64,000 bases of DNA from Squalus acanthias (lineage: Eukaryota): the NCBI GenBank assembly GCA_030390025.1, contig CM059432.1:133736001-133800000 (forward strand), read 5' to 3'. Positions 1 through 11,810 of the stretch are shown here, piece after piece (the first letter of the stretch is position 1; each line of letters starts with the position of its first letter). The translations under genes and the position numbers were made by a program. Under the pieces are notes generated by a model. It was not told where the DNA came from and did not search any database. It worked only from the letters and a program-made list of their open reading frames with translations.

Positions 1-319
1 ACAATTGGTGCAGATAAGCTGCTCGAGAAGTATGAAGTGGACAATCTGACGCACTTCTAATTGCAAAGATCAGCCCAAACATAATTTGTGCTGAAAAACA
101 GAGGATACCAGAGCAGCAACTTCATGCTAGTTTGCATTACAGTGAATTTTCCGCGAGCTGGCCAAATATCCTCTGGTCCCATTCCGTCACTGTAAGTATT
201 GTGGGGAAGGACTTGCGGCTGCTCGCTAGTTGTATCCTTTGACCCTGTCCCACTTACCGGGGTCAGATGCGTTTAAATATTTTGGGCGGGCTCTCACAAC
301 CATTAAGCGCACAGCCATT

Positions 320-785
320 CAGCCATACAGTTGGTAGCACTCTCACCTGTGAGTCAGAAGGTTGTGGGTTCAAGTCCCACTCTCGAGACTTGAGCACAAA
401 AATCTAGGCTGACACTCCAGTGCAGTGCTGAAGGAGTGCTGCACTGTCGGAGGTGCCGTCTTTCAGATGAAACGTGAAACCGAGGGCCTGTCTGCTCTCA
501 GGTGGACGTAAAAGATCCTATGCCACTATTTCAAAGAAGAGCAAGGAAGTTATCCCTGGTGTCCTGGCCAATATTTATCCCTCAATCAACATAACAAAAA
601 CAGATTATCTGGTCATTGCCACATTTCTGTTTGTGGGAGCTTGCTGTGCACAAATTGGCTGCCGCGTTTCCGACGTTACAACAGTGACTACACTTCAAAA
701 TTACTTAATTGGCTGTAAAGCGCTTTGGAATGTCCGGTGGCTGTGAAAGGCACTATATAAATGCAAGTCTTTCTTTCTTTTTCAT
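320..785 (+). mobile_element. tRNA-derived Deu-domain SINE (SacSINE1-like)
   Basis: B-box GGTTCAAGTCC, central GTGGGAGCTTGCTGTGC.CAAATTGGCTG block, L2-like tail AAAGGC.CTATATAAATGCAAGT plus (TTTC)n. Confidence 0.85.
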
Positions 786-817
786 TCATTTTTTCTGTCC
801 TTATTCTTACATTTCCG

Positions 818-1245
818 TTAGTTGGTAGCAGTCTCACCTCTGACTCAGAAGGTTGTGGGTTCAAGTCTCACTCCAGAGACTTGAGCACAAAATCTAGGCT
901 GACACTCCAGTGCAGTACTGAGGGAGTGCTGCACTGTCGGAGGTGCCGTCTTTCGAGTGTGACATTATACCGTGGTCCCATCTGCTCTCTCAGGTGGACA
1001 GAAAAGTTCTCCCCGGTGCCCTGGCCAATATTTATCCCTCGATCAACATCACTAAAACAGATTATCTGGTCGTTATCACATTGCTGTTTGTGGGAGCTTG
1101 CTGTGCGCAAATTGGCTGTGGCATTTCCTACATTACAACAATGACCGCACTTCAAAAAGTACTTCATTGGCGGTAAAGCACATTGGGACATACTGAGGTC
1201 GTGAAAGGTGCTGCAGAAATTTAAGTCTTCCTTTCTTTCTTATCT
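818..1245 (+). mobile_element. Second Deu-SINE copy, internally deleted
   Basis: Aligns to 320-785. Confidence 0.85.
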
Positions 1246-1634
1246 TTCCATGCAAACATGTCAGGCTGAGCCTGTAACTATGTCCTCCCGCCAGCGGTGC
1301 TGCAGAATATGCACTCCTTGGGCACTTAACATGCCTGTCTACTCATCCAGCATCACCTTCTTTCTGTTGCCAGTAATATCCCTTTCTGCTCCCTCCAATA
1401 GTTTGCTGTCCTTAATATCCCGGTCGTCCTCAATGCCAAATATGTTCCTCTCCCCTCCCTAAAATGTTACTCTCCCCTCCCTAAAATGTTACTCTCTCCC
1501 TAATGCAGGTCTTCCAAACCCTATTGCTTTCTTCCCACCCCCATATCATCCTCATTTGCATAATATGCCCCTCTGACAACTTATACTGTCTTCTGCCTGC
1601 CGCACCTATCTAACATGAGAATATAAGCCCCTAA

Positions 1635-2022
1635 CATGCATTTACTCCCTGACCTACATTGGCTCCTGGTCCGGCAATGCCTTGATTTTAAAATTCTTAT
1701 CCTTGTCTTCAAACCCCTCCATGGCCTCGCTTCTCCCCATCTCTGTAACCTCCTCCAGCCCTACAACCCTCCGAGATCTCCGCATTCCTCCAATTCTAGT
1801 CTCTTGCACATCCCCGATTTCCATCGCTCCACCATTGGTGACTGTGCCTTCAGCTGCCTAGGTCCTAAGCTCTAGAATTCCCCCTAAACCTCTCCGCCTT
1901 TCTCCTCCTCTTTTAAAGCGCTCCTTAAAACCTACATCCACCTGTCCTAGTCTCTCTTTATGAGGCTCAGTGTTTTGTTTGATAACGTTCCTATGGAGTG
2001 CTTTGGGACGTTTTAAAAACAT
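1635..2022 (+). mobile_element. L2 LINE 3' end; sister copies at about 31185-31565 and 58025-58420
   Basis: LHWL.V...FKIL.LVFK.LHGLAP.YL motif; tail shared with the Deu-SINEs. Confidence 0.85.
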
Positions 2023-2026
2023 TATC

Positions 2027-2366
2027 GGCCGGATTTTCCGACCCCCCCACGGGTGTGTATGCACCCGTCGGGGCCTCGCAAGTGCCGGTTTCAGGACTGC
2101 GAAGCGCATGCGCTAAAACCCGGCACTTCCGATCTGTCAAGAAGGGCCTCCGCGGGCAGAGGGTTCTGCTTTCTGCACAACCTCCGCCTGCTGAAAACCT
2201 TGAAAAATCTTACGCCTGGTAAAAGCAGCGTAAGGCCTGCTTTTACCAGCATAAGAGTTTAAAAAAAAAAAATTTTAATTAAAAATTTTCACTCATTTAT
2301 AATTTAAAAATACTTTTAAAAAAGGTAAGTTTATTTTCAGCCCCGTAAAAAACTTTAATTATTTTT
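2027..2366. mobile_element. Truncated MITE family A copy
   Basis: Aligns to 9285-9665. Confidence 0.8.
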
Positions 2367-2685
2367 ATCTAGTTAGAAGGTTATGCTGATAGGGTGAGAT
2401 GAAGAGGAAGCTCGTGTGGAGCATAAACACCGGCACGGACCAGTTGGGCCGAATGGCCTGTTTTTGTGTTGTAGACTCGGTGTAATTCTTCGGCCGTGTG
2501 TTTTTCCTTATGCCTCTGTGACGTGCCTTAGTGTGTTTTCCACGTTAAAGGCGCAGTATGATTGCATGTTGTTGTTACTACATTCTGTGTTGGCTTGCAT
2601 CACTTGACATTCTCAGCAGTTCTTGAGTTGCTTCCTTGATAATGGACTCTAATATTTATTCCCATTATAAATGTCAAACTCAGCA

Positions 2686-2920
2686 AAAGAAAGACAGACT
2701 TGCATTTCTATAGCGCCTTTCATGACCACCGGACGTCCCAAAGCGCTTTACAGCCAATGAAGCACTTTTATGGAAGTGCAGTCAAATGTTGTAATGTAGG
2801 AAAAGTGGCAGCCAATTTGCGCACAGCAAGCTCCCACAAACAGCAATGTGCTAACGACCAGATACTGTTTTTCAGTGATGTTGATTGAGGGATAAATATT
2901 AGCCGAGGACACCGGGGACA
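2686..2920 (-). mobile_element. Deu-SINE 3' half
   Basis: Reverse complement of the 550-785 segment; further partial copies near 23800-23912 and 28435-28650. Confidence 0.8.
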
Positions 2921-3150
2921 AGGGGCATAAATTATCATAGAATCACAGAATGGAACAGCACAGAAGGAGGCCATCTGGCCCATTGAGTCCACGCCGGCGC
3001 TTTCGAAGAGCAATCCAGTTAGTCCCACTGCCCCCGCTCTTTCCCCATAGCCCTGCAATTTTTTCTCCTTCAAGTGAGGAACCTTTTTAAGGTTTGCAAA
3101 ATACGCACTATTTACTATGTGTCACGCAATGGTAAAACCATAAAATTAAT

Positions 3151-3914
3151 GGCCCAGAAATTAAACATCGATGGTTCCCGCGGGGGTAAGGATTCCCCGC
3201 GATATCGCACTCCGCGCCTACCTTTTTGTTTGGGGCCCACACGAACTTTAGTTTCAAAGCCGCTCCCTGTTGCAACCGTGCAGTGCTTGCGTGTCCCAGA
3301 GGTGCAATTAGTTCGTGCGAGCTCTGGGATCACGTGATTCAGTTAGAGCCAATGGCAGCACACCATCTTTCATTCATAGTTTTAACAGCAAGAGCTGTCA
3401 AAGCTATGAATACTACAAACCCCCAAAAGAACAGCTAAACCTCAATTAAATTTAAAAAAAAAGCCATCACATTAATAAAATAAGTATAGTTCAATAAATT
3501 AACCACTTTAAACAAAAAATTAAATTTTTGAAAAAATTTAAACTCTTTTTAAAAGTTATAAAAATAAACTTACCTTTCTTTAAAGTCTCTAAAAAGATAA
3601 ACCTGTTGAAAAAAATTTAAAATAACACTTAATTAACTACTTACCTTGTTAAAAGGGGGTCCTACGCCTGCTTTCTTTATGTGTAAAATCTTCACCACTT
3701 ACCTGCGCGTTCAAAGCTGGAAAAAAAACTAAGTGCACTGCGTGCGCGCAGCCTGTAGCGCGCACGCGGTTCACTTAGGAACCGCCCCCTTTGCAATTCA
3801 CGAAGTGCCGGTTTCCCGCGCATGCGCAGTGCATGCAGGAAACCGGCAATTCAGGATCTAATACGCGAGAGTACACAGTGCGTACTCTCGCGTATTAGGT
3901 TTAATTTTTGGGCC
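3151..3914. mobile_element. PIF/Harbinger-type MITE, family A (764 bp)
   Basis: TIR GGCCCAGAAATTAAAC / GTTTAATTTTTGGGCC, 3-bp TSD AAT, AT-rich core. Confidence 0.85.
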
Positions 3915-4745
3915 AATGTTACGTGATCGGCTTCATACGTCCTGCCTAATTTTAGGATGCACAATCAAAGTTGTTTCTGAACAAGTTTTGTACCCCCCAC
4001 CCCACCCCACCCTCAACTCCTAGTGAAACCAAAAAACAGCACTACATGGCTTCCAGAATAATACATTTTTCAACTATCAATAGCTATGGAGGATACTATG
4101 TTTGTTCGGTATTATGAGCGAGTGAGCAGCCAAGCATTGCGGAGAAGCTGAGCAGATTGTGTAGTGGTGTGTGTAGCGCGTCAAGGATTTAACAGTGACA
4201 TTTGTGAAAGACAATATAGCTATGAGGAATGAAATGTGTGATTTAAACTATCCAGAAACTGATAGCTTTATAGCAAGCAAAATAAAACCCCATAATCCCC
4301 TCCTCAAGCTGCAATTCAGTTGTGAAAAATGTAAAGTCGCTAATATTCTAATCTAGGAGTTTGCCACTAGCAATTTTAATGTACCTGTGCTTTATTCTTT
4401 AAGTAGCATAAAAGGGAGAGAATATCGAACTCTAACAATAGAGGGACTGTGTTGGCATCCCAGTCTTAACTGTTGTTCTAACTTGGCTGCCTTCAATGGA
4501 TGAGTTTAACTAGCTCTTGGATGGGCAATTAGGTGGAGTATTGTCTGGTTGTAGAGCACTCCATCACAAGAAAGAAAGAAACAGCTAATAATGTTAGGCC
4601 TGCCTGTTTGCCAGCCTATCCACCCAACCCCCAGAAAAGAACCTACTGTCAGCCACTCACCAAGTACCAGTGCCAGTCAACAACGAGGGCCTTGACTGCC
4701 CAGATCTTGCCTCCCCACAGCCGAGGATTCCCTACCCGCCAGGAT

Positions 4746-7700
4746 TTTTTATTTTTTTTTATTCGCTTATGGGATGTGGGCATCGCTGGCAAGGCCAGCA
4801 TTTATTGCCCATCCCTAGTTGCCCTTGAGAAGGTGGTGGTGAGCCGCCTTCTTGAACCGTTGCAGTCCGTGTGGTGAAGGTACTCCCACAGTGCTGTTAG
4901 GTAGGGAGTTCCAGGATTTTGACCCAGCGACGATGAAGGATCGGTGATATACTTCTAAGTCAGGATGGTGTGTGACTTGGAGGGGAACTTGGAGGTGGTG
5001 GTGTTCCCATGCGCCTGCTGCCCTTGTCCTTCTAGGTGGAAGAGGTCGCGGGTTTGGGAGGTGCTGCCGAAGAAGCCTTAGCGAGTTGCTGCAGTGCATC
5101 TTGTAGATGGTACACACTGCAGCCACGGTGCGCCGGTGGTGGAGGGAGTGAATGTTTAAGGTGGTGGATGGGGTGGCAATCAAACGGGCTGCTTTGTCAT
5201 GGATAGTGTCGAGCTTCTTGAGTGTTGTTGCAGCTGCACTCATCCAGGCAAGTGGAGAGTATTCCATCACACTCCTTACTTGTGCCTTGTAGATGGTGGA
5301 AAGGCTTTGGGGAGTCAGGAGGTGAGACACTCGCCGCAGAATACCTAGCTTCTGACCTGCTCTTGTTGCCACAGTATTTATGTGGCTGATCCAGTTAGGT
5401 TTCTGGTCAATGGTGACCCCCAGGATGTTGATGGTGGGGGATTCGGCGATGGTAATGCCGTTGAATGTCAAGGGGAGGTGGTTAGACTCTCGCTTGTTGG
5501 AGATAGTCATTGCCTGGCACAAGGAGTTATTTTACAACTTCCAAAAAAAATATATTCCACTGAAAAGAAAAGGGTGTAAAAGAAAGGACAGTCATCCGTG
5601 GCTAAGTAAAGAAATTAAGGATAGTATTCGACTAAAAACAAGGGCATATAAGGTAGCGAAATCTAGTGGGAGGACAGAGGATTGGGAAAACTTTAAAAGG
5701 CAGCAAAAAATAACAAAAAGATTGATTAAGAAAGGGAAGATAGATTATGAAAGTAAATTAGCAAAAAATATAAAAACAGATAGTAAGAGTTTTTATAGTT
5801 ATATAAAAAGAAAAAGGGTGGCTAAAGTAAATGTTGGTCCCTTAGAGGATGAGACCGGGAAATTAATGGTGGGAAATATGGAGATGGCAAAAACACTGAA
5901 TGAATATTTTGTATCAGTCTTTACAGTAGAGGACACTAAGAATATCCCAACACTGGACAAACAGGGGGCTATAGGGGGAGAGGAGCTAAACACGATCAAA
6001 ATCACTAAGGAAGTGGTACTCGGTAAAATAATGGGACTCAAGGCGGATAAATCACCTGGACCTGATGGCTTACATCCTAGAGTCTTGAAGGAAGTGGCGG
6101 TAGGGATTGTAGATGCATTGGTAATAATTTTTCAAAACTCCCTGGATTCCGCTAAGGTCCCGGCAGACTGGAAAACTGCTAATGTAACACCCTTATTTAA
6201 AAAGGGCAGTAGACAGAAGGCTGGTAACTATAGACCGGTTAGCCTAACATCTGTGGTAGGTAAAATTTTGGAGTCCATTATTAAGGAAACAGTAACAGGA
6301 CATTTGGATAATCATAATTTAATAGGACAAAGTCAGCATGGTTTTACGAAGGGGAAGTCATGTTTGACAAATTTGCTGGAGTTCTTTGAGGAAGTAACAT
6401 ATAGAGTGGATAAAGGGGAACCAGTGGACGTAGTGTATTTAGACTTCCAAAAGGCATTTGACAAGGTGCCACACAAAAGATTATTGCTTAAGGTAAAAAA
6501 TCACGGAATTGGGGGTAATATTCTGGCATGGATAGAGGATTGGCTATCTAACAGAAAGCAAAGAGTTGGGATAAATGGTTCATTCTCAGACTGGCAATCA
6601 GTAACTAGTGGTGTTCCACAGGGGTCAGTGCTGGGTCCCCAACTCTTCACAATCTATATTAACGATTTGGAGGAAGGGACCAAGTGTAACATATCAAAAT
6701 TTGCAGATGATACAAAGATGGGAGGGAAAGTAGTGAATGAGGAGGACATAAAAAACCTGCAAGGGGACATAGACAGGCTAAGTAAGTGGGCAGAGATTTG
6801 GCAGATGGAATACAACACTGGAAAGTGTGAGGTGATGCACTTTGGCAGGAAAAATCCTAGAGCAATTTATTATCTTAATGGCAAGAAACTGGAGAGTACT
6901 GAAGTGCAAAGGGATCTGGGGGTCCTGGTGCACGAAACTCAAAAGGTTAGTATGCAGGTGCAGCAAGTGATTAAGAAGGCAAATGGAATGTTGGCTTTCA
7001 TTGCTAGGGGGATAGAATATAAAAATAGGGAGGTATTGCTTCAGTTGTACAAGGTATTGGTGAGACCGCACCTGGAATACTGCATACAGTTTTGGTGTCC
7101 TTACTTAAGGAAAGACATCCTTGCTCTCGAGGCAGTGCAAAAAAGGTTCACTCGGTTAATCCCGGGGATGAGGGGGTGGTCATATGAGGAGAGGTTGGGT
7201 AGATTGGGACTCTACTCATTGGAGTTCAGAAGAATGAGAGGCGATCTTATTGAAACATATAAGATTGTGAAGGGGTTGGATCGGGTGGATGCGGGGAGGA
7301 TGTTCCCGATGACGGGTGAGACTAGAACTAGGGGACATAGTCTTAGAATAAGGGGCTGCTCTTTCAAAACTGAGATGAGGAGGAACTACTTCACTCAGGA
7401 GGGTGGTAGGTCCATGGAATATGCTGCCACAAAAAGCTGTAGAAGCTACAACATTAATTAAATTTAAAACAGAAATAGACAGTTTCCTAGAAGTAAAGGG
7501 CATTAAGGGTTACGGGGAGCGGGCAGGAATTTGGACATGAGTCTAGGTTCGGATCGGTCATGGCCCTGTGGGTAGTGGAGCGGGCCCAGGGACTGTGTAG
7601 CCTGATTCTGCTCCTATTTCGTGTGTGCAATTCTGTTAGATGCAGGAGATGGTTCTGTGATAGATAGTAGATTGGCGGTTAGGATCAGATCAGCCATGAT

Positions 7701-7960
7701 CTTATTGAATGGCGGAGCAGGCTCTCTGTGGCACAAATATTACCTGCCACATATCAGCCCAAGCCTGAACATCGTCCAGGTCTTGTTGCATGCGGGCATG
7801 GACTGCTTCATTACCTGAGGAGTTGTGAATGGCGCTGAACACTGTGCAGTCATCAGTGAACATCCCCATTTCTGACCTTATGTTGGAGGGAAGGTCATTG
7901 ATGAAGCAGCTGAAGATGGTTGGGCCTAGGACACTGCCCTGAGAAACTCCTGCAGCGATC
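4746..7960 (-). mobile_element. Older CR1/L2-group LINE 3' portion (RT C terminus), split by the CR1 insertion (4746-5520 and 7725-7960)
   Basis: ORF 4815-5522 (YKAQVRSVMEYSPLAW), A-rich tail at about 4746-4763; same family at 21294-21670 and 60915-61130. Confidence 0.85.
5521..7724 (+). mobile_element. CR1 fragment nearly identical to 33205-35407, truncated at both ends
   Basis: About four differences by eye over 2.2 kb, including a +1 G near 7397 that frameshifts the C terminus; interrupts an older antisense LINE. Confidence 0.93.
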
Positions 7961-9215
7961 GCCCTGGAGTCTCCAGGAATTAAAGATTAATCTCCGGGAG
8001 GACGCTGCTGCGAGCAACCCGGGAGAAAAATCACAGGGGCCTTAAAAAGTGGTGCTTTTCTTTGAATACTTTTGCTTATTAGTTCGACAAATATCGGAGA
8101 TGGGAAATAAGGAAGTTTGACTGACAGTCCAGAATCACCCAATCGGGTAATGAAGACCGGAATTTTCTGGAGGTAGGTGGGTTGCGGGGGGGTGGGGAGC
8201 GGCCTCCGAGGCGGACGGGAAACCCGGAAGGCCGGGTTTCCCGAAGGCCCTGTCAGCTTTTACGGCAGGGCCTGATTTGCATGTGAGGCCTCGGCCTCCT
8301 GCCTGCAGCCAATCAGAGTGAGAGGCTGGCTGGCTGCAGGTGGGTAGGCCTGCAGCTGCAGAGAGGGAAGGAGGGTTCGGTCCACGGGAAGGATGGCGAG
8401 AGGTGCGAGGGGGTCGGTCGGGGATCGCGGGGGTAGTCGGTCGGGGAGCTGGGTCGGCCAAGGATCGGAGGGTCGGGCAGGGATCGGTGGGGGTGCAGCC
8501 AGGGATCGGAGATCGGGAGGGTGGGCCAGGGATCGGAGATCGGGGGGGTGGGCCAGGGATCAGAGGTGGGGGGGGTCGGCCGGGGATCAGTGGGGGGGGT
8601 GGAAAGAGAGGATCGGGGCTGGCCACCAGAGGATTGTGGCCGGCCTCGTCATCATTGGTGAGGTGGGGAGGGGAGGCCTCATGGTGGGGATCGGATTCCT
8701 CGTGGTGGGGTCTCCGATCGCGGGCGGTGGGTTAGGTAGGGGCCCTGGATCCAGGAGGTAGGTATAAAGCCACTTACCTCCTGAATCCAGCAGTCCCCGC
8801 CTCGCTTTAACTGCCGGGTTTCACAAATTGTGCGAAATCCGTCCACATGCAGTAAAATTCAAAATGAAGTTTTAAAAGAGGCTTCCAGCCTCATTATAAT
8901 ATTTAAATTGACGTTCCGCCCCCTGGGAGCGGGTTGGTCGCCCGCCCCCGTTAAAACCGGAAGTGGGCGGGTTGGAGGCGGGATCAGATCGGGATTCACG
9001 TTTTTAACAATTTAACTGCCTGCACGCTCCAAACTCAGCTGGGTTTTTTTTGCAGAAAACTGCGGCTGAAGAGTCTATTCACTTTTCAATTAGCCGGGTG
9101 CCGCGAGTATGGACATGTTGGGCGACCATTGGTGGGAGTGTGGGGGCGGGGCGGTCAGAGGCAGGTCATGGGATAACACCTCAAGGAATACGTCCAACCA
9201 GAGTTAGCAACCCTA
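7961..9215. mobile_element. Non-autonomous DNA transposon remnant (hAT/Blackjack-like end) hosting the 8155 MITE
   Basis: Ends in GTTAGCAACCCTA, resembling TAGGGTTGCCAAC-type termini; other end lost. Confidence 0.45.
8155..9067. mobile_element. GC-rich Harbinger-type MITE (913 bp) with GGGATCGGAGATCGGG repeats
   Basis: Imperfect TIR GACCGGAATTTTCTG / CAGAAAACTGCGGCT, TSD GAA; host element resumes after it. Confidence 0.75.
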
Positions 9216-9284
9216 TCTCAGCCCCTTGGTTGAAAGGTGACAGGACCGAGTATCTAGGAGTGGGAAACAATGGGGTAATAAAGT

Positions 9285-10052
9285 GGGCCAGATATTCCGA
9301 CCCCCACGGGTACATACGAGGTATGTACTCGCCCGTAGGTGCCTCGTAAGTGCCGGTTTCAGACATCAAGAAGCGCATGCGCTGAAAACCGGCACTTGCA
9401 ACCTGTCAAGAATCTTGACAGATCATCCGCCTGCCCTGGAGAAGGGCCTCTGCGGGGGGAGAGTTCCGCTTTCTGCAGAACCTCCGCCCGCAGAAAACCT
9501 TTAAAAATCTTACGCCTGGTAAAAGCAAGCGTAAGGCCAGCTTTTACCAGCATAAGAGTTTTTAAAAAATTAATAAATCACATTTTTTTCCACTCATTTA
9601 TAATTTAAAAATACATTTAAAAAAGGTAAGTTTATTTTTAGCCCCGTAAAACACTTTAATTACTTTTTTCAAAAAATAAAATTTTTGTTTAAAATATTTA
9701 ATTAATGTAATTTGAACTAATTTTATATTGGTGATTTTTAAAATAAATTTATTTAATGTTTAACTTTTTTTAAGTGATCCCCATTCATACTTTTGACAGA
9801 TCTATGCGTAGAGACCTGTCAAAAGTGTGAAGGGGGATTCTCTTCTTTGATTGGTTCCCCATGGTCCACGTGATCCCAGGGTCGCTTGCGAGCTGCCTGT
9901 GCCACTGGGATACGTGGGCCCTGCGCATTTCGTAGAGCAGAGGCCCAGGATCGGAAGCCTCGGGACCTACGGAGCCAACAGATAAGTGCGTAGATCTTTT
10001 CCCGATCGGAGGCATCCGCCCGCAGGAAGCCTCCGATCGGAAATTCAGGGCC
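9285..10052. mobile_element. MITE family A (768 bp, opposite orientation)
   Basis: TIR GGGCCAGATATTCCGA / TCGGAAATTCAGGGCC, TSD AGT. Confidence 0.85.
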
Positions 10053-10639
10053 AGTGTGTTTTACTACATAGCTATCCTATCATATTCTCAGCGCTGCACT
10101 ATCTTGGAGATTCGATGGCCATGCACTCCATCTAAAGCATGACCAGGTTTTCCCTGATCGTAAAGTGGTACAGCTACAAATGTAACATGGTTTTACATCT
10201 GCCACTTTGTATGACCTCGGGGTGAATTTGAAGTACAAAAGTGACAGAAATGCGAAATGAAAAAAAAAATGAGCACCTTATTTAAAACTACTCTCAATTG
10301 CTGTTATTTCTTTTTTAATTAAAACTACTTTCAAAAAGGATTTTTTTTGCACCTGCTGGTCACAGAATTATTATTGCAACAAATATGTTTTAAAGGAGTT
10401 CTATACTTATTTGACTAACTAATGCTTTTTAAACTAAAGATATTTCACGAATACGTACTCTGAGTATTTATCAGTATCAGGATCCCATTTTCCCAGCAAC
10501 TCTCTAAACCATGATATCTTAATACAATTAATTGTTAGTATAAGCTACACTAGAACTACAGTGAAGTGCATGATGAATAGTCCAGCTGTTTGGAGTCTTT
10601 ATTCCAAAATAGCGGTGCTGGCAATCAGTGCTGTAATTT

Positions 10640-11810
10640 AGTGCCGAGGCGCTAAAACATGGCGGAGAAGCACTATTGGCGCTTGAATACATGAACTCAT
10701 TTCTCTTATTTGGAAGGAGGAGAGCATGCCAGGGGATCTCAGAGACGCCGTAATCGTGACCATCTTCAAGAAAGGTGACAAGTCCGATTGCGGTAATTGC
10801 AGAGGAGTCTCCCTGCTGTCTGCCACAGGGAAAGTAATCGCAAGAATCCTCCTCAATCGCCTTCTCCCAGTGGCTGAAGAGCTCCTCCCAGAGTCACAAT
10901 GTGGATTCCGCCGACTAAGGGGCACAATGGACATGATCTTCGCTGCGCGTCAACTACAAGAGAAATGCAGAGAACAGCACCAACCGCTAAACATGGCCTT
11001 CTTTGGCCTTTGACACCGTCAACCGTGAGGGATGATGGAGTGTCCTCCTCAAATTCGGCTGCCCTCAAAAATTTGTCACCATCCTCCGCCTGCTTCACGA
11101 CGACATGCAAGCCGAGATCCTGACCAACGGATCCACCACAGACCCAATTCACGTACGGACCGGGGTCAAGCAAGGCTGTATCATCGCACCAACGCTCTTC
11201 TCGATCTTCCTGGCTGCAATGCTCCATCTCACCCTCAGTCAGCTCCCCACTGCAGTGGAGCTAATATACAGAACAAATGGGAAACTGTTCAACCTCTGTC
11301 GCCTCCAGTCCAGATCCAAGGTCGTCCTCTGTCATCAAATTATAGTATGCAGACGATGCATGCATCTGCACACACTCTGAGGCCAAACTCCAAACCATCG
11401 TCAACACCTTCACCGAAGCGTACGAGAGCATGGGCCTTACACTAAACATCCATAAGACAAAGGTCCTCTACCAGCCTGCCCCTGCCACACAGTACTGCTC
11501 CCCGATTATCAAAATCCATGACGAGGCCTTGGACAACGTGGACTACTTTCCATACCTCGGGAGCCTACTGTCAACAAGGGCAGACATCGATTACGATGTC
11601 CAACACCGCCTTCAGTTTGCCAGTGCAGCCTTCGGTCACCTGAGGAAGAGAGTGTTTGAAGACCAGGACCTCTAACCCAGCACCAAGCTCATGGTCAACA
11701 GAGCAGTAGTAATACCCGCCCTCCTGTATGCTTCAGAGACATGGACCATGTACAGCAGGCATCTCAAAGCACTGGAGAGGTACCACCAATGCTGCCTCCG
11801 CAGGAAGAAT
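10640..11810 (+). mobile_element. RTE-clade LINE fragment (frameshifted RT)
   Basis: IFKKGDKSDCGN.RG.SLLS..GKV.ARILLNRL..ESQCGFR, GVKQGC..APTLF, YLGS. Confidence 0.88.

Noticed and set aside
320..400. tRNA gene
   Set aside because: tRNA-like A/B boxes are SINE heads continuing into SINE bodies; the same applies at 818-880 and 56480-56550
1447..1502. Short tandem repeat as a CRISPR-like array
   Set aside because: Simple tandem duplication of about 22 bp without spacers, in eukaryotic DNA
5380..7461. 693-aa ORF as a novel fusion protein
   Set aside because: The first 47 codons are antisense sequence of the host LINE, accidentally in frame with a truncated CR1 ORF2; no endonuclease domain and a frameshifted C terminus
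8135..8761. Pro/Gly-rich ORFs on both strands
   Set aside because: Arise from G-rich low-complexity repeats inside a MITE
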